Source of the DNA: Candidatus Atabeyarchaeum deiterrae
Lineage (GTDB): Archaea; Asgardarchaeota; Atabeyarchaeia; Atabeyarchaeales; Atabeyarchaeaceae
Direction of reading: 5' to 3'
Length of the DNA stretch: 64,000 nucleotides
Assembly: GCA_037310415.1 (NCBI GenBank)
Contig: CP147780.1
Location: 1,344,001-1,408,000, forward strand
Shown here: positions 20,540-28,605 of the stretch, one piece after another
How the letters are laid out: each line of letters starts with the position of its first letter
Position numbering within the stretch: position 1 is the stretch's first letter
Program-made: the position numbers and the translations under genes
The notes under the pieces: generated by a model
The model's database searches: none
Told to the model about the DNA's origin: nothing
What the model saw: the letters and a program-made list of their open reading frames with translations, nothing else

Positions 20540-22051
20540 TTGCCAGACAAAGATGAAAGCAAGCCGAAGAAGATTGAAGATGAGTTAAGAGAGGAGCAGG
20601 AAAAAGTTGTCAAGAACCTGCTCAGTGAGATGGGTCTTACATCCAAAGAAGTTGAAACCATTCTGGAGCCTGCTGGCGGAGCAGATGGCGGTCCCGGCGG
20701 ACCAGAACCAGCTGGAGGAAACACTGCTGAGGAAGTCAGCGAAGTGCCTGTGGGTTCGCCTGAGCCGCAATCAGAGGAAGTGTCGACTATTCCTACTAAG
20801 ACGGGTGCGCCAGAAGGTGGTCCAGAAGGCGAGGGCATGGGTGCCATGCCCGGTATTGAGTCCATATTCTCCAAGTTTGATGATATGACCAGAACAGTTT
20901 CAGCGCTTGAGCGGGGAATAGCGGCTAGTCTGTCTACGAAATTACTCGAATTCCGTCGGGACCTCATTGACCTTAGAGTAGAAATCGCAAACAAACTGAC
21001 AGAAAGACTTAGAATGAAGGCATTTGCCCCAATGGTTGAACGCGCTATTTCCGAGGTTGTCGTAGACGAAGTTAAGAGACTCGAAGAAAGTCTATTGGAA
21101 TCATTTTCAAAGGAAATCATTAGCAAGTTCAAGAACTTCAGGGAGGATATATCGGGTTCCAAACAGAGAATACTCGACGCGATACAGGAGCAAGCCGACA
21201 TCTATGGTGCACACGGAAGAAGCCTGGAAGACGAAGTAACGCTGAAAGAGAGACAGATAAAGGATCTGAAGGGAGAGTTGGCAAAACGGGAAACAATCAT
21301 TTCGGAACAGGTGTCCATGATAACGGAATATGAGAAACGCACAGGCAAACTAGAGGCGGAATTGAATGAGGCCGCGGGTTCCCCACAGGCCGGCATAATT
21401 CTAGTCAACGACTTGAAAGCGAAGGTAGAAGCTCAACAGTCAACAATAGATCGACTGAAGTCTCAGGTAATCGAGTCAAGTGAACTCAAGGCAAGAGTGA
21501 AGGCATACGAGGACAGCAATGAAGAGAAGAGAAAGAAGATCGAGGAACTTAATGACAAAGTAATGGAACTTGAAGGAAAATACGCTGAAGCTGCAGAGAA
21601 GGCGAGAGACCTTGTCCCACAAAATGTCTCTCTGAGAGCCGAAAACGACAAGCTGAGAGCCGAAAACCTTGCAACAGTGAAAGACAGAAGCAGGGCGATA
21701 GAACTCGACGCATCACTACAGAGAGCGAAGCAGGAAATCCAAGATTTGAAGGGCATCATAGAAGAGACGGAGGACAGAGTGGAACAGAGAAAAGCAGAAG
21801 TTGCCAGAATAGTGAAAGTCATGTCGAAGGAGCCAAAGTATAAGGTACTTACAATACTAAAGGATCTGGGTACTCTGAACTACACCGAAATTGCTCGGGC
21901 AATAGGTCAGCCAGTTGCCATAGCAAAGAGATATTCACAGGAACTTCAGCAAGATGGGTATGTCAAGATAGAGGACGTCAATGTAACTGGAGTCGGCGAA
22001 TGGGCTAAGAGAGTGGGAAGCGAATCAAAAGAGACCAAGCGAAGCGCCTAA
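20540..22051 (+). CDS. Long coiled-coil protein with acidic/Gly-Pro N-terminus and C-terminal winged HTH
   Basis: Heptad-rich E/K/L region of about 300 aa; terminal KVLTILKDLGTLNYTEIARAIG...LQQDGYVKI; TTG start with GGTGA SD. Confidence 0.75.
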   Translation: MPDKDESKPKKIEDELREEQEKVVKNLLSEMGLTSKEVETILEPAGGADGGPGGPEPAGGNTAEEVSEVPVGSPEPQSEEVSTIPTKTGAPEGGPEGEGMGAMPGIESIFSKFDDMTRTVSALERGIAASLSTKLLEFRRDLIDLRVEIANKLTERLRMKAFAPMVERAISEVVVDEVKRLEESLLESFSKEIISKFKNFREDISGSKQRILDAIQEQADIYGAHGRSLEDEVTLKERQIKDLKGELAKRETIISEQVSMITEYEKRTGKLEAELNEAAGSPQAGIILVNDLKAKVEAQQSTIDRLKSQVIESSELKARVKAYEDSNEEKRKKIEELNDKVMELEGKYAEAAEKARDLVPQNVSLRAENDKLRAENLATVKDRSRAIELDASLQRAKQEIQDLKGIIEETEDRVEQRKAEVARIVKVMSKEPKYKVLTILKDLGTLNYTEIARAIGQPVAIAKRYSQELQQDGYVKIEDVNVTGVGEWAKRVGSESKETKRSA

Positions 22052-22356
22052 TAATAGATCTTTCAAGCATCCGCGCTGGTTGTCCTCATTATTTACTTTG
22101 TGACGCAATGCATGGACTTCACCATGATAGAACGTTTCTATTTCTGTGACATTTTTTCGCGAGTACGTTGAGTGAAAGAAAGAAATTCCCTCCTGGTTCC
22201 CACTGTTCTTAACCGACTTCTGCCAGTCTTGTTGGGCCTATGCTATTCATTTGCGAAGATCGTTGCGAACTTCTCATAATAACAGACGGAAAAAGGTAAA
22301 CATGAGCTATGTTTATGAATCCTAGTTGCCTTTTCTCAAATAACGAGGAGTCACAG

Positions 22357-23121
22357 ATGACAGAAGTAGCAGCGAGGAATTTGGCTTCGATGTCCGATGA
22401 GAAACTGGAGAGGCTCTATGCTTACCTGAAGACGCTATACACTGTCAACGCTATTGTCCTCACAAAACTTGGTATGAGCCGCTTTGTGTCCGATACTTAC
22501 GACGAGCGCATGCAAGATGCCGAGCAGATCTATGGTGCAAACGGAAGAAGTTTTGCCCAACAGACGGCTGACTACTTGAAGTACCATTTCTTGGGAGGTA
22601 TTCTGAGAAACGATGACAGCGGGAACAGGATCTGCTTCTCTGAAGGTTACTCCCCGAAGTATTTTGAAAAGAAACACGGATTGAGGCCGATCATATCAGC
22701 CTTTTCAACAATTTGGGCAGATCCGCTTGTTGGAATAGGAGGGGTAATTGCCCATTGCATATCGAAAAGATATGATCGAAGCGCGATAGGGCAAGCCGAA
22801 GAAAGATACTTGAATATTTGGAAGCAGAGAATTGCGAGTGATAACAGTGCCAAGATATTGAAACTGGAGATAGATGATACCGGTCAAAGGATGGAAGAGA
22901 TGATAGTAATCGGCTGGGAATTCGATGAGAACAAGAAATTCGATTCACAAAAAGTAACGGATCGGATTTTCAGCTACCTTGACGGAGAAACGTGTCTCGA
23001 TGAGAGCAATGTGAGAAAAATGCTTGTCGAGAACCCGATATTGAATGCCATCGATGAAAAGCAACCCAGCGCGCTGAGAGTGAACAACCTCAAGAGTGCA
23101 ATGGGGATGGTTGGCTCTTAG
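22357..23121 (+). CDS. Hypothetical protein
   Basis: Long ORF with GAGGAG SD before ATG 22357; no recognised motif. Confidence 0.65.
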   Translation: MTEVAARNLASMSDEKLERLYAYLKTLYTVNAIVLTKLGMSRFVSDTYDERMQDAEQIYGANGRSFAQQTADYLKYHFLGGILRNDDSGNRICFSEGYSPKYFEKKHGLRPIISAFSTIWADPLVGIGGVIAHCISKRYDRSAIGQAEERYLNIWKQRIASDNSAKILKLEIDDTGQRMEEMIVIGWEFDENKKFDSQKVTDRIFSYLDGETCLDESNVRKMLVENPILNAIDEKQPSALRVNNLKSAMGMVGS

Positions 23122-23166
23122 CCAGCTGACACAGACCAAGGTTCTGATCGTTGACTTCTGCTATGC

Positions 23167-24474
23167 CTATATGAGAACTTCCTCTTTCTCAACTTTGCGG
23201 TTAGCGACGCTGAGTGTGTCGGTATCAATCTTTGCGCCACTGTATAGTGTCGTGACTTTCTCCCCTCTGTACAAGGCATCCGCCATTCTCCCAACTGCAT
23301 CTGCTTTCATAATCCCTGAGCCACTGTCACCTGTGACAAGAATCATTCCAGCTTCTTTGTACACGTATGGCACGGCGTCAAAACTATATGCATACGCCCC
23401 CGCCCAACCGCTTGCTGGTCGAACATCTCTGAACGATGGCAAGTACGTTGAAAGCACTGGGTACATGCTCTGTTCGAAGTAGCTTTGCTCACTCTTCCAG
23501 TCATCTTCGCTCTGTACATATTTGAAGGTTCTTCCCAACTTGTCTGCGCATCCAACCCAGAATGATTCCTCTTGCCTGACTGGACGAAGGTAGACCCCTC
23601 TGGGAAGGATCGTGAATGGAAGTAAATTGAATCTGCTGAAACCTTTAGCGTTGAGGATTGATCTCAAGGAATGACTGTCTGCGGTTGAAACTCTGAAAAG
23701 CTGCCTCTTCTTGGCCTTCACACGACCATCGATGCCAATTGGATCAGTGAGCTGGTTGACCCACGTTCCTGCAGCCACAATAACAGTGTCCGCCCTGAGC
23801 TCACTAGACGCGGTTCTCACGCCAACTACACTTGCATCTTGCCAAACAAATGGTTCACCTGGAACGCCGAGCTTGTTTGCAGGTTCAAGAAGCAATCCTT
23901 TGACATCTGTGTTAAACATCGGCTTGACTCTTGACATCTTTACAAACTCATTCTTGTAGAAGGTTACAAGCTTGCTTGGGTCTAAGGTTCCGCACTTAGG
24001 GCCGAAGAGTCCAGCGTGAATATCCTGCAAGTTCATTATTTTCGCTTCCTCGTCTTCGGAGACTCTCATTTTGAGTTCTGGGAGTCTCTTCTTCAGTTCC
24101 TGCCCCTCGTAAAGCTGGTACTTGATGCTGTTTGAATCCATCTTGTCCATCCATTTCTTGGTCAATGGGTCGCTCACCTGTTTTTCTGTGAGGAGCCACA
24201 AATAACCCACGAGTTGCAGGTCAAGATCGAATTTCATGTTATCTTGGACGTTAATGAAGAAACTGATGGTGGTGTCCGTTAGAATCTGATTCGTTCTGGA
24301 AGAGAACATGTTTCTGAATGCCGCAGCACTCATAGCGGTATTGGCTTGACCGGCGTCAGCAAGCTTGTCAACTAGAAGAATCTTCTTGGTGGGATTATTC
24401 TTCTGCAAGTGATATGCTGATGCCAATCCGAATACCCCAGCGCCAATGACTATTATGTCGAACTTCTCACTCAT
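23167..24474 (-). CDS. FAD-dependent oxidoreductase (DAO/sarcosine-oxidase-beta/proline-dehydrogenase family)
   Basis: DIIVIGAGVFG, AAGTW, WAGAY, GDSGSGIMKA. Start placed at MSEKF. Confidence 0.88.
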   Translation of the reverse strand: MSEKFDIIVIGAGVFGLASAYHLQKNNPTKKILLVDKLADAGQANTAMSAAAFRNMFSSRTNQILTDTTISFFINVQDNMKFDLDLQLVGYLWLLTEKQVSDPLTKKWMDKMDSNSIKYQLYEGQELKKRLPELKMRVSEDEEAKIMNLQDIHAGLFGPKCGTLDPSKLVTFYKNEFVKMSRVKPMFNTDVKGLLLEPANKLGVPGEPFVWQDASVVGVRTASSELRADTVIVAAGTWVNQLTDPIGIDGRVKAKKRQLFRVSTADSHSLRSILNAKGFSRFNLLPFTILPRGVYLRPVRQEESFWVGCADKLGRTFKYVQSEDDWKSEQSYFEQSMYPVLSTYLPSFRDVRPASGWAGAYAYSFDAVPYVYKEAGMILVTGDSGSGIMKADAVGRMADALYRGEKVTTLYSGAKIDTDTLSVANRKVEKEEVLI

Positions 24475-24671
24475 GTCAGAGTCCCGCCTATTCATTGTGG
24501 ATTCTATAAAATGAGTACATGGATGATTGCGTCTCTTCGTCGTAATTGATTTTGCATGGCATATAAGCATTCTCTTAAGATTACAGGAGAGTTGCAACGA
24601 AGCGATGACGAAAATCGTTATAACAATGATTGCCATAAAGTTCACTCAATAGTTGTTGCAATGAGGTGTGT

Positions 24672-25412
24672 ATGGAATTGGAGTTTCCTCCTCGTGCAGA
24701 GTGGGTCTTGTATTTGGGCTGCTGGGCATCGTATCGGGCAGTCGAGTCAGCCTACTGTACTGCAAAGATCCTTGAGAATCTTCAAGTAGATTTCACAGTG
24801 CTCGGAAAGGATGAGAAATGCTGTGGCATGCCCTTCGTCGAAATGGGAGAAGGCGAAAAGGCACAGAAACTGGCGCTATCTAATCTCACCACAGCTCGAG
24901 CGAAAGGCGCAACGAAGATTCTGGCGGTCTGCCCAGGTTGCTACCACTCAATGAAACAGGCACTGCCAAAGTTTGCTTCCGAAGAGATGGAAGTCCACCA
25001 TATATCTACATTCATTAACAACAAGATAGAGAAGGGGGAGATAGACCTCACCAAGCCGCTGAATGCTAAGGTCACTTATCATGACCCCTGTAAACTTGCA
25101 AGATACTATAACATAATGGAAGAGCCGAGATCAACAATTAAGAAAATCAAGGGAGTTCAATTCGTCGAGCTCCAGCACTCAGGACTCGAAGCCAGGTGCT
25201 GTGGGCGAGTGTACGAGAAGGAACTGGCTGAATTGACTGTTGCAATGAGTAAAGAAAGAATTGAAGAAGCCGCCTCAGCAAAAGCTCAAGTCATCGCAAC
25301 GTCTTGCCCGATCTGCGCTCGGAACCTTCTAATAGGAGCCCAGTCCGCGAAAAAGAATATCACCGTATATGATCTTCCAGTGCTGGTTGCGAAACAGGCT
25401 GGCTATGTCTAA
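24672..25412 (+). CDS. CCG-domain Fe-S protein (LutA/GlcF-like)
   Basis: YLGC, EKCCG, CPGC, YHDPC, RCCG, TSCPIC (two CCG domains). Confidence 0.85.
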   Translation: MELEFPPRAEWVLYLGCWASYRAVESAYCTAKILENLQVDFTVLGKDEKCCGMPFVEMGEGEKAQKLALSNLTTARAKGATKILAVCPGCYHSMKQALPKFASEEMEVHHISTFINNKIEKGEIDLTKPLNAKVTYHDPCKLARYYNIMEEPRSTIKKIKGVQFVELQHSGLEARCCGRVYEKELAELTVAMSKERIEEAASAKAQVIATSCPICARNLLIGAQSAKKNITVYDLPVLVAKQAGYV

Positions 25413-25493
25413 AGGTCTCAGAAAAGCAAATAGCACATTCGCAAGTAGAGCAGAAAAAACTATTCAAAAACTCACTGAAGAGGTAATGGTCAG

Positions 25494-26798
25494 ATGGTAG
25501 AAACACCACCATTTACGGATTTACAGAAACGATTCAATGAAGCATTATCCAACAAGAACGATGTCATGAGCAGGAAGTACATTTGTGACAACGCTGCTGT
25601 GCTCAGGCGACAAACTGCTAGAATGGATCTGAAGAGTGCACAGGAGAAGTTTCGCCGGATCAAGGAGTACTCAATACAGAATTTAGAAACACTTGTCAAG
25701 CAGGCCAAGGCAAGCTTCGAAAAGAATGGGTGCATAGTGCATGTATGTAGAAATGCGGACGAGGCGTTGAAGACAGTCACCGAACTGGTCAAAGGTGAGG
25801 AATTCGTTCTAAAATCCAAATCAAATGAAGTCAAGGAAATCGGTTTACCTGAAACCCTTGAATCTCAAGGAATCAAAGTGATTGAGACAGACCTCGGAGA
25901 CAGGGCCCTGCAATTGACTGGAGACAAGCCCTTCCACGCTCAAGGACCAGCAGTCCTAGTTCCCGCGGCGAAAATAGCGGAGGCTTTCTCAAAGAACCTA
26001 GGGCAGCCCGTCAAGCCCATGCCACATGACATAGTTGCGGCAGCCCGAAAAGGATTCAGAGATCTGTTCTTCAAGGCAAAGGTTGGAATCACAGGGGCAA
26101 ATGCAATTGCAGCAGAAGGAGCAATAGTTCTGGTCGAGAACGAAGGGAACATATCGAATATCACGAGGCTATGCGATCGTCACATAGTCGTGGCGGGAAT
26201 AAACAAGGTCGTCCCCACATTCGAGGACGCTTTCCATGTAGCAAGGACTAATGAGCACTTCCTTGGAATACTTGGAACGTATATTTCGGTCATAGCCGGT
26301 CCAAGTAGAACCAGAGACATACAGGGGTTAGAGGTGCTAGGCGTCCACGGTGCAAAAGAGGTTCATGTAGTTCTTGTTGACGACTGGAGAACCAGAGCTA
26401 AGCAGGAAGGATTCGAGGAGAGTCTGTACTGTGTTCACTGTTCATCATGTTTCTACGATTGCCCTGTATTTAGGCAGGTAGGTTCAGACTATGGCTACAA
26501 GTACAAGAACTTCGGCGGAATTGGCGTAATTCACACAGCTTTTCAGAAAGGATTGAAGGAAGCCGCGCGGGCAGGTCTATTCGCTTGCACCGTATGCAAA
26601 GGTTGCGTCGACAAGTGTCCAGGGAAAATAGATACGCCAGGCATGATACTCAAGTTGCGGCGAAAAGCGATAGAAGAGGGAATCAAACCACCAATCTATG
26701 ATGCAACATTGGAGAACATTGACAAATCAGGAAACGTCTTCAACCTATCATCTGACGATAGGCTCGAGTGGATCGAGACTGGAGAACCATCATTCTAG
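25494..26798 (+). CDS. lutB: LUD-domain 4Fe-4S protein (lactate utilization protein B-like)
   Basis: KSKSN, ETDLG, ITGANA, ENEGN, GPSRT, two ferredoxin motifs. Confidence 0.85.
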   Translation: MVETPPFTDLQKRFNEALSNKNDVMSRKYICDNAAVLRRQTARMDLKSAQEKFRRIKEYSIQNLETLVKQAKASFEKNGCIVHVCRNADEALKTVTELVKGEEFVLKSKSNEVKEIGLPETLESQGIKVIETDLGDRALQLTGDKPFHAQGPAVLVPAAKIAEAFSKNLGQPVKPMPHDIVAAARKGFRDLFFKAKVGITGANAIAAEGAIVLVENEGNISNITRLCDRHIVVAGINKVVPTFEDAFHVARTNEHFLGILGTYISVIAGPSRTRDIQGLEVLGVHGAKEVHVVLVDDWRTRAKQEGFEESLYCVHCSSCFYDCPVFRQVGSDYGYKYKNFGGIGVIHTAFQKGLKEAARAGLFACTVCKGCVDKCPGKIDTPGMILKLRRKAIEEGIKPPIYDATLENIDKSGNVFNLSSDDRLEWIETGEPSF

Positions 26799-26951
26799 TA
26801 TCAGAGAAAAGACTGTTTGGCAATCTCATCCAGCCTTTTCATTGTTACAGGTCTAAGGACTGCTTAGACTTCGACACTTTGTTTCTGAACAGGAAAATCT
26901 TATTATGCAGATGTAAATACTACGAAACTTAGAGGTTAGAGGTGATGTTGA

Positions 26952-27185
26952 ATGCCACCAGAGATCGATAGAGATACATGTATTGGGTGCCAAGCGTGTG
27001 TTCAAGCCTGCCCGAACAATGCACTTGAGATGGACTCGGAGGAGAAGTCTGTCTTAGCTCATCCTGAAAAATGCACAGACGTATGGGCTTGTGTTGACGT
27101 GTGCCCAACGAACGCTTGTCAGAAACCTGCGAAGAAAGAGGCACCCGCGAAGAAGGAAGCGGCGGCGAAACCTCCCAAGAAATAG
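26952..27185 (+). CDS. Dicluster ferredoxin with Lys/Ala/Pro tail
   Basis: CIGCQACVQACP and CTDVWACVDVCP; GAGGTGA SD. Confidence 0.88.
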   Translation: MPPEIDRDTCIGCQACVQACPNNALEMDSEEKSVLAHPEKCTDVWACVDVCPTNACQKPAKKEAPAKKEAAAKPPKK

Positions 27186-27334
27186 ATGTGAACAATTGAG
27201 CTAATCGATTTTCCTCCTGAGACACTTTTTTCGGCGTATGAGTGAAGTGAGTGTTACTGACACAGTATTAAGCAATTAAAATACAGAGGTATCCAATCAA
27301 TTAGTATCCCAATGGAACTAGCAAAGAGATATAT

Positions 27335-27601
27335 TTGGAAGACGATCCTAAGCAATACAAATGGGTCAGTCTATCCAGGATGGCGAACCAGTTGAGTAAG
27401 TTTGTTAAGATGCCCGTGATTGATCTTGACACATGCGTCGGAACCGGAAACTGTGTTCAAAACTGCTCGAAGAAAGCGCTGAAGTTGGTAAACGGTAGAG
27501 CCGTTCTTACAAACGAGCGTCTCTGCGCTGACTGCAGAGAAACAGAATGCGAATTCTGCTGCCCAACTGGTGCAATCACTGTTAAGTACAGAGAGGTTTA
27601 G
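27335..27601 (+). CDS. Ferredoxin-like 4Fe-4S protein
   Basis: CVGTGNCVQNC and CADC...CEFCCPTGAI; start uncertain. Confidence 0.8.
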   Translation: MEDDPKQYKWVSLSRMANQLSKFVKMPVIDLDTCVGTGNCVQNCSKKALKLVNGRAVLTNERLCADCRETECEFCCPTGAITVKYREV

Positions 27602-27748
27602 GAAAAGCCTGCCGCTGATTATTGCTGACGCTAATCCCATTGTTACACAATCAAATATCGTCTGCTTGCATTCAACTCTCTCTCACATGAGTGAATGAAT
27701 GCTATATCTTATTTTCCAGACCGACCATGTCTTGAAGAAGGTTCGTGC

Positions 27749-28270
27749 TCAACTCTTTCCGGGTGACTTACCTTTACTTGTTCGCTTTTTCGATAGGTCG
27801 TCCAGAAGCAGTTTCAGTGAAGAGACTATTGCCTCATGCACTTTCGGACTTAGCTCAGGCGTCAGATCAATTCCCCTCAGGTTGACCAAGTCTTGGGAGT
27901 AGTTATCTAGGAAGACTTTAGTCACTTCCTGCAAGACAACCTCTGCAATCCTCAGTGGAAAACTCTCAAGAGCTACAAGAGAAACAATGACTTGAGGCTG
28001 CTCCATTACCTGTTGTGCCACAATCTTCAACGGGGGAATGCTGACTGTCTTCAAGACAGCGTCTTTGGAAACCTCCCTTGCAAATGATGCAATTGCACTA
28101 AGAAAGCCTGTGACTAGATTCGGCTCAACTGAGCCTCCCCAATACTCAAGGTGAAACACGGAAACCCCATCAACCATTATGTAAACGTTGCTGATTGCCC
28201 CATGTTCCCCCATTTCCTCATTTTCCATTGAAGCAGATCCTCCGCAAATATTCAACAGCTTGCAGCCCAA
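27749..28270 (-). CDS. Longin-like domain protein (Asgard type)
   Basis: ISNVYIMVDGVSVF...NLVTGFLSAIASFAREV...FLDNY pattern; true start probably a little downstream of 28270. Confidence 0.72.
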   Translation of the reverse strand: MGCKLLNICGGSASMENEEMGEHGAISNVYIMVDGVSVFHLEYWGGSVEPNLVTGFLSAIASFAREVSKDAVLKTVSIPPLKIVAQQVMEQPQVIVSLVALESFPLRIAEVVLQEVTKVFLDNYSQDLVNLRGIDLTPELSPKVHEAIVSSLKLLLDDLSKKRTSKGKSPGKS

Positions 28271-28605
28271 TTATCGCGATTGGACAGAGCTGCAAATTGG
28301 AACTCAGAAGACAATCACGTTTTTGAATGATACAATGCGAACATCCTCTGCATACCGATATTATTAAGCTTGTCACAACAACATTAAAATATTTTCGGCA
28401 GAAAGGATTAGTTAACCCACAAGCACTGTACTAGCGATAGCACGATAAGTTGAGATGCCCGCTGGGTGGAGATAGTATTATACTATACACATGAGATTTA
28501 AGACACTTTACTCTAAATCAATACATCCTGCAATAATACTAGCATAACTTACTGGAAATAACTTCTTGATCACCCGTTACATTACGTTTTACTCCTAGCT
28601 CCTAG

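Noticed and set aside
21632-21667. CTGAGAGCCGAAAAC direct repeat
   Set aside because: Two copies within the coiled-coil coding sequence (LRAEN heptad duplication), not an array.
24475-24645. N-terminal extension of the FAD oxidoreductase
   Set aside because: The Rossmann motif begins right after MSEKF; the upstream stretch is the divergent promoter region.
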